Made by a program: the position numbers and the translations under genes | The notes under the pieces: generated by a model | Told to the model about the DNA's origin: nothing | Seen by the model: only the letters and a program-made list of their open reading frames with translations | The model's database searches: none | Source: Candidatus Poribacteria bacterium | Lineage (GTDB): Bacteria; Poribacteria; WGA-4E; WGA-3G | Direction of reading: 5' to 3' | NCBI GenBank assembly: GCA_965215265.1 | Contig: OZ244048.1 | Location: 4,769,178-4,833,177, forward strand | DNA length: 64,000 bases | Shown here: positions 1 to 10,282 of the stretch, one piece after another | How positions within the stretch are numbered: position 1 is the stretch's first letter | How the letters are laid out: each line of letters opens with the position of its first letter

Positions 1-697
1 CGATGATTTGAAGACAACAATTTGGGACATGATTGACAGAAGTGTCGCCGACGCTATTACTGATAACTTCGCAGAGACCGGCGGAAAAACTATCGAGAAT
101 CCAGAGAGATTCACGCGATGGGTAACTTCTACCTTCCCTGTTAAACTGACTTGGACGAAGCCTTTAGAGCAAGCAACACCAGACGAAATTCACAATGAAG
201 TCATCAACGCACTGCAAAACGCTTACAAAGAACGGGAGACGGACATGGGTGAAGAAGCCATGCGGATACTTGAACGCTTGCTCCTCTTGGACAGAATTGA
301 TAGCCACTGGAAAGATCACCTCTACAATATTGATTACATTGAAGAGGGCATCCGGTTTGGGGCTGGATATGGCGGCAAAGACCCGATTGTTGTTTTCAAA
401 AATGAAGCACTCGGCGTGTTTGAGAGCATGTATCAACACATTGAAGAAGAAGTCAGCGAATTCATCTTCAAATCCCGGCTCAATACTGAGGCACCCCGCC
501 GCACGAACGCACGGCGAAGTCCCAACAGAACGCGCAGGAAGATGCCTAAGCGAGCCCGAAACATAGGCGAAAGTTCTACCCAAGATTCAGCTGAATTTGC
601 ATCTAAACAGGCAATGGGAACTATACCCAAGGTTGGAAGAAATGCACCCTGTCCTTGTGGTAGCGGAAAGAAATACAAAAGATGCCACGGGCAGTAA
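1..697 (+). CDS. secA: Preprotein translocase SecA, C-terminal part (gene starts before the window)
   Basis: [12 protein letters not shown]...[10 protein letters not shown] scaffold motifs and terminal SEC-C motif [21 protein letters not shown]. Confidence 0.95.
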   Translation, partial: DDLKTTIWDMIDRSVADAITDNFAETGGKTIENPERFTRWVTSTFPVKLTWTKPLEQATPDEIHNEVINALQNAYKERETDMGEEAMRILERLLLLDRIDSHWKDHLYNIDYIEEGIRFGAGYGGKDPIVVFKNEALGVFESMYQHIEEEVSEFIFKSRLNTEAPRRTNARRSPNRTRRKMPKRARNIGESSTQDSAEFASKQAMGTIPKVGRNAPCPCGSGKKYKRCHGQ

Positions 698-720
698 TTT
701 ACCTACAATCGCCAGAATTA

Positions 721-750
721 AGATGGGGACGAGGCAAACGCGGCCCATCT
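721..750. repeat. Short REP-like or terminator hairpin after secA
   Basis: AGATGGG(721-727)...CCCATCT(744-750); shares a GGACGAGG core with the hairpin at 19826. Confidence 0.4.
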
Positions 751-805
751 CACCGTAGACTTTTTGGCACAGCCTATTGCAATAAGAACAACAAGGAGGT
801 CGCTT

Positions 806-1003
806 TTGAATTCTAACAACTCATATACCGATACAACCCTATCGAAAACATTACTTGAACTCCTCGCCTGTCCTGCATGTAAAGGTGAGCTCGAATACCT
901 TGAGAGTGAGGAAAAATTGAGATGCCTGGGCGAATGTCAACGCCGATATCCAATTCGAGACGGTATTCCTGTTATGTTGATTGACGAAGCAGAACTACCG
1001 TAA
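806..1003 (+). CDS. Trm112-like (UPF0434/YcaR) small protein
   Basis: LLELLACPACKGELEY...C...RRYPIRDGIPVMLIDEA signature; AAGGAGGT RBS before TTG at 806. Confidence 0.9.
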   Translation: MNSNNSYTDTTLSKTLLELLACPACKGELEYLESEEKLRCLGECQRRYPIRDGIPVMLIDEAELP

Positions 1004-1125
1004 GGCAGTGCCTTGTACGGACAAGTCGGCATGTTCTTTAGCCTTCAGGGCAAAGGTTTTCCGGAACCTGACTTTAGCTTCGCACGAGACAGCTGGCGAG
1101 TTCGGAAAAGTTAGTGGCAATCTAC

Positions 1126-2373
1126 ATGAAAATCCTATTTTTAAGCCTGCGATGCCCGTATCCGCCACACCGAGGCGACCGGATTCGTTCATATCACTTT
1201 ATCAAACAACTTTCGCAACAGCACGAGATAACGCTTGTCTATTTTGCTGAATCAGAGGCGGATATTGAAGCAGCACAGCATCTTCAAGCATACTGTAAAC
1301 GTGTTGCCTGGGTGCCCTTCCGCCGGCACTATGCCCTGATAAATACAGCCGTTCGAAGCCTCTCACCGCACCCGCTTCAAGTGCATTATTGGTATGCGCC
1401 CCAAATGCAGCGTCGGATTAATGAACTCCTCGGACAAAACCAGTTTGATCTGATTCACGCGCAGCTTTTTCGGATGGGACAATACGTCACAAACGTCCAA
1501 GGCATAGCGAAAATGTTAGATTTGTGCGATTCCTTGGCACTCAATCTCAATCGACGCGCAAATTTAGATTGCACACCAAAACGTTTTTTGGTAAAATTAG
1601 AAGAAAAGCGTGTCCGCCGATATGAAATTGAAATTATGAAAGCGTTTGATTGTGGAACCGTGGTTGCTGATTTTGATAAAGATTACCTACTTCAGCAGGA
1701 CAGCAGTCTGAATTTATCCGTTGTCCCTATGGGCGTGGATCTGGCCTATTTTCAACCCGACCTGCCTTCAAGCTGTTGGAAAGAAGCAGCTGACACCTCG
1801 CCTAACAGCCGCACAGCCGAGGTGCCCGTTCTGTTGTTTACCGGGACAATGAGTTACTTTCCGAATTCAGATGCCGCAGTCTATTTCTGTGAGGAAATTT
1901 TTCCACAAATCCGGGAACAACATCCGGATGCAACCTTCTACATAGTTGGGAAAGATCCGCCACAACACGTGCAGCGGCTCTCTATGAAACCCGGGATCGT
2001 TATTACCGGTTATGTACCGGATGTCCGGCCCTATTTTAAAAAAGCATCGGTCTTTGTTGCACCGCTGCGCGCAGGCTCCGGCATACAAACCAAGAACCTG
2101 GAAGCGATGGCGATGGGCATTCCAGTCGTGACCAGCTCCGTCGGGGCGATTGGACTAGAGACGGACATACATAAGCAAGAACTTCTAGTAGCGGATACCC
2201 CGGAAACCTTCGCCAAATACGTTATTCAACTCATAAACAATAGGCATTTGCGAGAAACCTTCGCTATTGCTGGTAGAAAACGGGTTGAAGTTTCCTATAG
2301 CTGGTCTGCAATTGGCGAAAATTTAGAACAAGTCTACACCCAATGTCTAAAAAAGAGGAGGGAATATGGCTAA
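1126..2373 (+). CDS. GT4 family glycosyltransferase (polysaccharide-associated)
   Basis: MKILFLSLRCPYPPHRGDRIRSYH N-terminus; FTGTMSYFPN; GIQTKNLEAMAMGIPVV. Confidence 0.9.
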   Translation: MKILFLSLRCPYPPHRGDRIRSYHFIKQLSQQHEITLVYFAESEADIEAAQHLQAYCKRVAWVPFRRHYALINTAVRSLSPHPLQVHYWYAPQMQRRINELLGQNQFDLIHAQLFRMGQYVTNVQGIAKMLDLCDSLALNLNRRANLDCTPKRFLVKLEEKRVRRYEIEIMKAFDCGTVVADFDKDYLLQQDSSLNLSVVPMGVDLAYFQPDLPSSCWKEAADTSPNSRTAEVPVLLFTGTMSYFPNSDAAVYFCEEIFPQIREQHPDATFYIVGKDPPQHVQRLSMKPGIVITGYVPDVRPYFKKASVFVAPLRAGSGIQTKNLEAMAMGIPVVTSSVGAIGLETDIHKQELLVADTPETFAKYVIQLINNRHLRETFAIAGRKRVEVSYSWSAIGENLEQVYTQCLKKRREYG

Positions 2374-4453
2374 ACCCCAAGTAAAATGGCGTTCTTCAAT
2401 TGTTATTGATGTGATTCTTGTTAACACAGCATTTCTATTCGCCTATTATACCTGCAAGCAATTAGGCTTTGACTTAATTGAAAATCTGCTATTTGTAAAC
2501 GAGTTACAAAACGGAAAACTCGCTCCCGAAACGGCACAACTGGCTCCGCTTTTCCCATACGGTGCATCGCCTTACCATTACTATTTCACAATTGCCGCGA
2601 TTGTGACGTTAGTTCGCATTAGTTCCTTGCTCGGTTTTAATCTCTATAAACCAATATGGCAATATGCCGATGTTCAGGAGTTCCGCGCCTTAACCGGCGC
2701 AACCGCGTTGGCGACGTTAGTCCTTGTCGCGTTAGCATCATTTTTAAATCTTCCTTGGGTTCCTTTTTTAATTGATGGACTTTATAATTTTGTATTTTTC
2801 TTCTGGGGACGTTCTTGTCTGACAATGCAACGTCCGCCTTATTCGCCGATCTATTTCTTTAAAAAATTGCGTGAACAACAACGTTCCCGAAACAAAATGC
2901 AACTGCACCTCTCCTCCTGCAAAAAGGTACTAATTGTCGGTGCAGGGGAGACAGGCATCGGAGTGCTACGCGCGCTCAGAAACCATCCCGAAAAAGGATA
3001 CCTTCCGATCGGATTCATTGACGATGACCTCCGCAAGATTGGAAAAAGCATCTTAGGTTTGGAAGTACTTGGCACGACGCGCGACTTGACATACATCACC
3101 CGGAAACGCGAAATTAAAGAAGTTGTCATTGCCATCCCTTCAGCACCCAGCGGAAAAATTCGAGAAATTATTCGACGCTGTGAATATCGAGGTTGTCAAT
3201 TCAGGATTGTCCCCAATATTCACGCAATCCTTGAAGGACGCGCGAGCGTTAATCACATCCGGGAGGTCCGCTTTGAAGATCTTTTGAACCGCTCTACCTC
3301 GGAAATCGATATCGCAGAAGTTTCGAAATATCTCTCCGGGAAGCGTGTAGTGGTAACTGGAGCTGGCGGTTCAATTGGGTCAGAACTCTGTCGCCAAGTC
3401 GCAAAACTCAATCCAGAACTTTTGATTCTCTTCGGACGTGGGGAAAACAGTCTTTACCATACAGATATAGAACTTCGTGAATCTGAGCCGCATCTCAATC
3501 GTGCAGTCATCGTCGGAGATATTCGTGATAATTCCAAAGTCAACAAAATTATCCAGAAATACAAGCCGCACATTATCTTCCATGCCGCTGCCCATAAACA
3601 TGTCAAATTCATGGAAAATCACCCCGATGAAGCCGTTAAGAATAATATTCTCGGCACACAGAACCTCATAGAAGCCGCCATAGAACATCATGTAGAGGCG
3701 TTTATTCTCGTCTCCTCTGATAAAGCGGTGAATCCGACGAGTGTCTACGGTGCCTCTAAGCGCGTAACCGAAAAATTAATTCAGTGTAAAGCGCGACGGA
3801 ACGGGACACGTTTTATTGCAGTCAGATTCGGCAACGTTATTGGCAGCCGAGCCAGCGTGCTCCCCAATTTTAAACGACAAATTGCGAAAGGCGGGCCGGT
3901 CACCGTAACCCATCGCGAAGCAACACGCTATTTTATGACAATCCCTGAAGCCGTGCAGCTCCTCATCCAAGCAGGGGCAATGGGAAATGGCGGCGAAATT
4001 CTGATGTTAGACATGGGCGAACCCATTAAAATTCTAGATCTCGCACGAGCCCTGATCCGACTCTCAGGACTTGAAGTCGAGAAAGACATCAAAATTGCTT
4101 TCACCGGACTCGATCCTGGCGAAAAGTTATATGAAGAACTCCTAACGCCACAAGAAGGGGTCACCGCAACAAAGCACCAACGCATTTTCGTGGCTCAGCT
4201 CGAAAAAATAGAGGAACGTCAATTGCTATCCCAGATTGAGGAACTCGCACAACTCGCTGATGCACTTGATGCCGAAGGCATTGTCGCGAAATTCCAAGAA
4301 CTCGTTCCAACATACGAACCGAACCGGACGTTCCACACGGATAGTGATGAGGACATCACCAGCAGTACTGAAAAACCCGATATCGTCAGGTTCCCAAACG
4401 AAACGAAAACTGATGAAGATGACGTTTTGTTAACGAATCGAAAGGTCCACTGA
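2366..4453 (+). CDS. Membrane-bound nucleoside-diphosphate sugar epimerase/dehydratase (CapD/PglF family)
   Basis: N-terminal TM helices; VTGAGGSIGSELCRQ, FHAAAHKHV, SSDKAVNPTSVYGASKR, GEKLYEEL. Confidence 0.92.
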   Translation: MAKPQVKWRSSIVIDVILVNTAFLFAYYTCKQLGFDLIENLLFVNELQNGKLAPETAQLAPLFPYGASPYHYYFTIAAIVTLVRISSLLGFNLYKPIWQYADVQEFRALTGATALATLVLVALASFLNLPWVPFLIDGLYNFVFFFWGRSCLTMQRPPYSPIYFFKKLREQQRSRNKMQLHLSSCKKVLIVGAGETGIGVLRALRNHPEKGYLPIGFIDDDLRKIGKSILGLEVLGTTRDLTYITRKREIKEVVIAIPSAPSGKIREIIRRCEYRGCQFRIVPNIHAILEGRASVNHIREVRFEDLLNRSTSEIDIAEVSKYLSGKRVVVTGAGGSIGSELCRQVAKLNPELLILFGRGENSLYHTDIELRESEPHLNRAVIVGDIRDNSKVNKIIQKYKPHIIFHAAAHKHVKFMENHPDEAVKNNILGTQNLIEAAIEHHVEAFILVSSDKAVNPTSVYGASKRVTEKLIQCKARRNGTRFIAVRFGNVIGSRASVLPNFKRQIAKGGPVTVTHREATRYFMTIPEAVQLLIQAGAMGNGGEILMLDMGEPIKILDLARALIRLSGLEVEKDIKIAFTGLDPGEKLYEELLTPQEGVTATKHQRIFVAQLEKIEERQLLSQIEELAQLADALDAEGIVAKFQELVPTYEPNRTFHTDSDEDITSSTEKPDIVRFPNETKTDEDDVLLTNRKVH

Positions 4454-4547
4454 TTCGAAGGAAAATGCATCGGCACCAGAAAGTGCTACGGTTATAGAAA
4501 ACGTTGACGTATAGATAACCTTATCACTAATGTAGCCAAAAATTGCG

Positions 4548-5252
4548 ATGAAGAAATTCGGCACCAAATCGCAGGCGAGTCATGCCGTGCGTCTCACCGG
4601 GGGAACTTCTAAAAAACGCCACAACTACTTGAAACGGCTGTTCGATCTTCTCTTTGCAACAGTAGCCTTAGTCCTGCTTTCACCCCTTTTTTTGATTGGA
4701 AGCGTACTCGCTAAGTTGCAATCCACGGGGCCCGTGTTTTACAAAGGGAAACGGGTCGGCAAAAACGAGATTATTTTTGAGATGTACAAATTCAGGACGA
4801 TGGTTGTTAATGCTGACAAAATCGGGGGGGATTTGACAACCTATCAGGATTCACGTATTACAACCCTCGGCCAATTTTTGAGATGGACGAAGTTGGACGA
4901 GCTCCCGAATTTAATTAACGTGATGAAAGGTGAAATGAGTTTGATTGGACCCCGCCCTGAAGCGCCTGCATACGTTCGATATTATACTGAAATACAGAAA
5001 CAGGTACTACAAGTGAGACCGGGGATGACCGGCCCATCGCAGCTTGCAAATCGACATGAAGAACAGAAACTCAAAGCACAATGCAATCCTGAGCATTATT
5101 ACATAACAGAGTTAATGCCCAAGAAACTTGCCTTGGATCTTCACTATGTCGCAACACAAAGTTTTGCTACAGATCTCGGCTGGCTGTTTAAAACTGTCTG
5201 GGTAGTCATTTTTTATGCAAAAACACGAAACGGAGGCAGAGATGAAAAATAA
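4548..5252 (+). CDS. Bacterial sugar transferase (undecaprenyl-phosphate phosphoglycosyltransferase)
   Basis: KRLFDL, MYKFRTM, LDELPNLINVMKGEMSLIGPRP, RPGMTG. Confidence 0.93.
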   Translation: MKKFGTKSQASHAVRLTGGTSKKRHNYLKRLFDLLFATVALVLLSPLFLIGSVLAKLQSTGPVFYKGKRVGKNEIIFEMYKFRTMVVNADKIGGDLTTYQDSRITTLGQFLRWTKLDELPNLINVMKGEMSLIGPRPEAPAYVRYYTEIQKQVLQVRPGMTGPSQLANRHEEQKLKAQCNPEHYYITELMPKKLALDLHYVATQSFATDLGWLFKTVWVVIFYAKTRNGGRDEK

Positions 5253-6108
5253 ACGAGTACTCATTATTTTAGTTACTATAATCGGACTGTTTTTTTTTAC
5301 GGTAGTTCTACGTTTAATGCTCGGCAGTACTGCAATAGGGGAAAAGGTTGGAGTCATTGATATCATAGGTGTCATTTCACAAGCGGATCCGACTATTAAA
5401 CTGATACACGCTTATCGCGATGATCCGAGCGTGAAGGCAGTTGTTATCAGAATTGATACCCCCGGTGGCAGTGTTGCACCTGTACAAGAAATTTATAGTG
5501 AACTCAAAAAAATAGATAAGCCGCTTGTGGCTTCAATGGGGGGAACAGCAGCATCTGGCGGCTATTATCTCGCTTGTGCAGCCGATACAATTGTCGCAAA
5601 CCCCGGGACATTGACCGGGAGTATCGGCGTTATCATGCAGTTCACACGGATAGAAGACTTATACAACAAAGTCGGCTTAGAACAGCAGGTGATAAAAAGT
5701 GGGAAATTTAAGGATAAAGGTTCACCTTTTCGTGAAATGAATGAAGAAGAACGCATCATTCTTCAAGAAACCGTTGATGATGTTCACGCGCAATTTGTGG
5801 AAACAATCTTTCAAGCAAGGGAAGTACACTTAACGCGAGGCGAAGTAGAAGAACTGGCCGATGGGCGAATCTTTTCCGGTAAACAAGCATTAGATTTTAA
5901 GCTGCTTGACAAACTCGGAAATCTGCCTGAAGCGATTGAGGTTGCAGGACAACTCGCGAACATTCAGGGAACCCCCAAGGTTGTACGAAAAGAGAAAAAA
6001 GTGTCCTTACTTGAACAACTGTTAGGTATCAACGCAATCTCGAAACTGGATAATATATTCGGAGAAACCAGCCCCACTTTTCGATATCAACTCAATCTCC
6101 GACCTTAA
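5242..6108 (+). CDS. sppA: Signal peptide peptidase SppA, short form (S49)
   Basis: RIDTPGGSV, AASGGYYLA, TLTGSIGVI, KSGKFKD, ADGRIFSGKQA; GGAGG RBS before ATG 5242. Confidence 0.93.
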   Translation: MKNKRVLIILVTIIGLFFFTVVLRLMLGSTAIGEKVGVIDIIGVISQADPTIKLIHAYRDDPSVKAVVIRIDTPGGSVAPVQEIYSELKKIDKPLVASMGGTAASGGYYLACAADTIVANPGTLTGSIGVIMQFTRIEDLYNKVGLEQQVIKSGKFKDKGSPFREMNEEERIILQETVDDVHAQFVETIFQAREVHLTRGEVEELADGRIFSGKQALDFKLLDKLGNLPEAIEVAGQLANIQGTPKVVRKEKKVSLLEQLLGINAISKLDNIFGETSPTFRYQLNLRP

Positions 6109-6119
6109 AGGAATGCGCG

Positions 6120-7193
6120 ATGAATTTTCTTTATGAAGCGAACCAAGAATGGAGGCAGCTGGCGAGGCAGCTCGTCACACCGCAGCAGTTGGTACTCGTC
6201 ATCGGTGCTAGTGATGTCGGAAAATCAACGTTCTGTCGTTTCTTGGTGAAGTCTGCTGTGGAGAAAGGGTTGAAGGTCGCGTTTATAGATACCGATATCG
6301 GCCAATCCCAAATTGGGCCGCCTACGACAATTGGCATGAGGGTTTTTACGTCAAATCGGATAGATGGCGAAGCAGAAGACACACTCTATTTCGTCGGTGC
6401 TATATCGCCTCAGCGTAATCAACTTGAGATGATAACCGGGGCGCGGTTAATGGTAGAAAAGGCACATGAAACTGGGTGTGATTTCATCGTTATAGATACA
6501 ACAGGATATGTTCATGATACTGCCGCCGTGGTTCTCAAGCAGCACAAAATAGAACTGCTCCGCCCCTGCCACCTCATTTGCCTTGGTAGAGTCAGCGAAT
6601 TAGAACGAATCACTGCATCCTACAGCCAATTGGATTGGCTCAGCATCCATCATTTATTACCACATAAACAGATCCGTTATAAAAGCGTCGAAGCGCGCCG
6701 CCGCTATAGAAGTGCTCAATTTAGTGCCTATTTTGCAGGCAGTACCGTGCAGCAGATACCTTTTGAACAGATTCGCGGTGCACGCGCTCCGTTTTTTATA
6801 GGGCGCATCGCAAACGAGAAAGAGTTAGCGTTGCTAACCCGTTTCGCGGAAACCGGAGTCCATCATGCTGAATGGGGGCACCGCGCATTGTCTCTCGTTA
6901 CAGAGGAACCTCTGTCTCAATTTGCTCTAGAGCGCATCAAAAACTATTTGAGTTTGAAGCATGTTACCGCAGAAGTCCGCTCATACTTTGAAAAGCGCCT
7001 GGTCGGGTTAATCGGAACAACGGGGAATACACTTGCTATCGGAATTATTGAGACAATTGATTTTCAAAATCGGCAGCTCAGCATCCGATGCCAAGCAGAT
7101 GTCGCCAAGGACGCTTGCATACTCCAATTTGGTGATTACGAAGCATCCCGGAGAGAGTTGATTCGCCTTGAAGAATCTGAAGTGTCTAAGTAA
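6120..7193 (+). CDS. Clp1/Grc3-family polynucleotide 5'-hydroxyl kinase
   Basis: P-loop GASDVGKST, DTDIGQSQIGPPTTIG, IDTTGY, and clasp-like RRRYR...YF. Confidence 0.85.
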   Translation: MNFLYEANQEWRQLARQLVTPQQLVLVIGASDVGKSTFCRFLVKSAVEKGLKVAFIDTDIGQSQIGPPTTIGMRVFTSNRIDGEAEDTLYFVGAISPQRNQLEMITGARLMVEKAHETGCDFIVIDTTGYVHDTAAVVLKQHKIELLRPCHLICLGRVSELERITASYSQLDWLSIHHLLPHKQIRYKSVEARRRYRSAQFSAYFAGSTVQQIPFEQIRGARAPFFIGRIANEKELALLTRFAETGVHHAEWGHRALSLVTEEPLSQFALERIKNYLSLKHVTAEVRSYFEKRLVGLIGTTGNTLAIGIIETIDFQNRQLSIRCQADVAKDACILQFGDYEASRRELIRLEESEVSK

Positions 7194-7208
7194 GGCACAA
7201 TGTAGCAG

Positions 7209-9113
7209 ATGAACGCCACGGTCAATATGTTTGAAAACCAAAACCGAAGAACTTTTTGGCGGTTTGCGACGTATCACGCACCGTACACCGGCTCCATTCT
7301 CCTCGCTATGGCATCTGCTGTTGTCATTGCTATCTGTGACTTAGGCGCGATTCAAATTTTTGCCGATACTATTGATGCCTTTGAGCAAATTGGCGGAAGC
7401 TCTTTTGAGGAACCCGTCTCTATTAGATACCTTCAGACTGAGGATATAGTTCACTTTGAAGGGTTTGAGATTTTACTCACCGATGCCGGAGGCGCACTTC
7501 GCGTAATCTTTTGGTTACTCGGCGGTTTACTCAGCCTCGTTTTTATAAAAGGGATTTTTGTATACAGCAATGATTATCTGATGGCGCGTGTCGGACATAA
7601 AGTCGCCTTTCGCCTACGGAACGCACTCTACCAGCGAATTGTTGTCGCACCCTTAGCGGTTTTACGCAAAGAGCGCAGCGGTGACTTGATGGCACGCGTC
7701 ACCGATGATGTACGGATGTGGCAGAACGCCGTAGCCGCTATGGCAAATATCATCCGTGCCATCAGTCTCGTTACCGTCTTTATGTCTATGATGCTTATCA
7801 AGAGTGTCCAGATGACGTTATTTGCGCTACTTGTTCTTCCCTTTCTTGCATACCTCATCACGCGTATAGGGACAAGCATCCGTAAAACCAGCACAGAAAT
7901 TCAACTACGGAGTGCGGACATCTATGCTCAATTAAAAGAAACACTTTTCGGAATTAAGATTATCAAAAGTTTTACCTCCGAGGAAGCAGAACGCCAACGT
8001 TTCCGGAGCATCAACTGGTACCAGTATTGTGCAGCAATCCGACGGGCACGGCTCGCTGCATTCTTACCTCCCACCATTGAATTTTTGGGCGCGGCCGGCA
8101 TTGCAACTGTCTTCGGATTAGGATGCTGGCAAGTTATCAATGGGCAGCTCTCAACAGGATGGTTCATCGGTTATATCACAATGGTAGGTTTGATGTTGAA
8201 ACCCATTAAAACGATTGGAAGTGTTAATAACGTTTTGCAACAGAGTCTTGCCTCAGCTGAACGCATCCTTTATCTACTTGATTTTCAAGAAGAGGCATAT
8301 TGTAAGAAGACGGAAACAGGTTCGCAAGGCGGTGAAGTTTCAAAACGCATATCGCTATTTTCTACAGAAAAGGGCAGCCACACGCACGCAGCGGTGAAGT
8401 TTCAAAACGTTTCCTTTGCTTATCAGCAAGAACCTGTGATTAAAAATGTCTCTTTCACCGCGAAACCGGGGGAAGTCGTCGCGCTCGTCGGCCCAAGCGG
8501 AAGTGGAAAAACCACACTCCTCAATCTGTTGTTACGATTCTATGAGGTTGACTCTGGGGCAATTTGGATTGACAATCTCTGCATTTCCGAGGTGCCCTTG
8601 GGGACACTACGACAAAACATCGCGCTTGTGCCACAAGATACCTTTCTCTTTGACGGGACAATTCTGGAAAATATCGGATACGGATGCCCCAGTGCCTCGC
8701 GCGAATTGATTATTGCAGCGGCAAAAAAGGCAAATGCACATGAATTTATCACGAAAACGCCACGCAGCTACGATACTGCAATAGGCGAAGCAGGCATAAC
8801 ACTGTCCGGCGGAGAACAGCAACGTATCTCAATCGCACGGGCAATTCTAAAGGATGCCCCGATCCTTGTCTTGGACGAAGCAACGTCCGCATTGGATACG
8901 CACTCCGAAGCATTGATTCAAAACTCATTATCGAATTTGATGAAGGGTAGAACAAGCTTTATTATTGCCCACCGCCTCTCTACTGTTATCCGAGCTGACA
9001 AGATTCTGGTCGTCCAAGCAGGTGAGATTGTAGAAACAGGAACCCATGAAATACTATTAGCAAAGGAAGGGGTGTATCAGAAACTCTGCAAGATGCAGTT
9101 CGGCATCTCTTAA
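7209..9113 (+). CDS. ABC transporter, fused permease/ATPase (MsbA-like)
   Basis: TM domain plus GPSGSGKTT, LSGGEQQRISIARA, LDEATSALD, IAHRLST. Confidence 0.93.
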   Translation: MNATVNMFENQNRRTFWRFATYHAPYTGSILLAMASAVVIAICDLGAIQIFADTIDAFEQIGGSSFEEPVSIRYLQTEDIVHFEGFEILLTDAGGALRVIFWLLGGLLSLVFIKGIFVYSNDYLMARVGHKVAFRLRNALYQRIVVAPLAVLRKERSGDLMARVTDDVRMWQNAVAAMANIIRAISLVTVFMSMMLIKSVQMTLFALLVLPFLAYLITRIGTSIRKTSTEIQLRSADIYAQLKETLFGIKIIKSFTSEEAERQRFRSINWYQYCAAIRRARLAAFLPPTIEFLGAAGIATVFGLGCWQVINGQLSTGWFIGYITMVGLMLKPIKTIGSVNNVLQQSLASAERILYLLDFQEEAYCKKTETGSQGGEVSKRISLFSTEKGSHTHAAVKFQNVSFAYQQEPVIKNVSFTAKPGEVVALVGPSGSGKTTLLNLLLRFYEVDSGAIWIDNLCISEVPLGTLRQNIALVPQDTFLFDGTILENIGYGCPSASRELIIAAAKKANAHEFITKTPRSYDTAIGEAGITLSGGEQQRISIARAILKDAPILVLDEATSALDTHSEALIQNSLSNLMKGRTSFIIAHRLSTVIRADKILVVQAGEIVETGTHEILLAKEGVYQKLCKMQFGIS

Positions 9114-9198
9114 AATATACGGTTGCCCCGCACAGGATGCCTTCTAGAAAAAATGAAATTTAGGTAAACCTTTAGCCTCTCATTAACGTCACAGATAA

Positions 9199-9375
9199 AT
9201 GATTAGCAACGTAATTTCTGCCCGGGTTCTTAACAGCATTCATGACTGTCAAACGCAATTAGAGGCGCTTATGACGTTTACCGCAAATCTGATGCAAAAC
9301 AGAGAGGGGCTTGCCAATAAACTTGATATGAGCAACCAGCTCGACGTAGATGAACTATTCTCGATGCATCGGTAG
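9199..9375 (+). CDS. Possible 58-aa small protein (MISNVISARVLNSIHDCQTQLEALM...)
   Basis: Open frame filling the gap, amphipathic helical character; no clear RBS. Confidence 0.25.
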   Translation: MISNVISARVLNSIHDCQTQLEALMTFTANLMQNREGLANKLDMSNQLDVDELFSMHR

Positions 9376-9417
9376 GATGAGGCACAAGCCTACACCCTAC
9401 CGAATCGGTACGAGCAC

Positions 9418-9993
9418 TTAATTTCGCCCTCTTTTCGTGATAGCCCCTTCCAAGTCGGTATCGCGATAGACTGTTTCAGAAAGATCGACTTCATATAGAT
9501 AGGCACCTTTGAAATTAGCACCGAGTAAAACGATGCCTTTGAGTTTAATTTCACCGAAAATTGCTTCTTCAAGATTCGCGCCTTCGAAACTGGTTAAAGT
9601 TCCAAACGGCCCTGGAACCTTGCACTGCGGACAGCCAAGGGTGGCACGGTGCAAATTCGCTTGACGGAAGTTAGTACTACAAAGCAGACTCCCGCTGAGA
9701 AACGCACCGCTCAGATTCGCATTCTCAAAGTTTGCATCTGTTAAATTCGAACCGACAAGATAGGCACGGTGTAGAATCGCATCTGTTAAATTCGCACCGG
9801 TTAGATTGGCATCGTTTAAATTGGCATCTGTTAAATCGGTTTTGCTTAAATTAACGCCACTTAGATTAGCTGCAGACAAATCAATGCCCATGAGGACCTG
9901 GTTCGCCAAATCCAGGTCTGCTAAATTTTTACCTGAAAAGGATTCACCCGCAAGGCATCCTTGGACAATATCATTTTGCGTTAGTTGATGCAT
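9418..9993 (-). CDS. Pentapeptide repeat protein
   Basis: Many A(N/D)L(S/T)x repeats; GGAGG RBS. Confidence 0.9.
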   Translation of the reverse strand: MHQLTQNDIVQGCLAGESFSGKNLADLDLANQVLMGIDLSAANLSGVNLSKTDLTDANLNDANLTGANLTDAILHRAYLVGSNLTDANFENANLSGAFLSGSLLCSTNFRQANLHRATLGCPQCKVPGPFGTLTSFEGANLEEAIFGEIKLKGIVLLGANFKGAYLYEVDLSETVYRDTDLEGAITKRGRN

Positions 9994-10282
9994 AAACTGC
10001 CTCCAATTTTCGGATATTGGTTCTTAAAACGGCTGCACTGGCGTGAATGTTGAACACTGAAACTCGCCAGAGATGTTTTGGCCGAGAAGAATCTGGTACT
10101 GTAATTACGTGCTTTTGGGAAAACATAAAAACGATGTTGCATCCCCAATTTTTATATAGAATACCACATATACACAGAAAAGTTAAATCTTTTTATGGTG
10201 TGCTGCAACTAACTAACAGCAATCGACTATTTTTAGTTGAGGAGCGGTTTCACCCCAATTTTCTATTCCATGAGGTGATAAC

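Noticed and set aside
9734-9838. Repeated GCATCTGTTAAATT motifs
   Set aside because: Explained by the pentapeptide repeat coding sequence.
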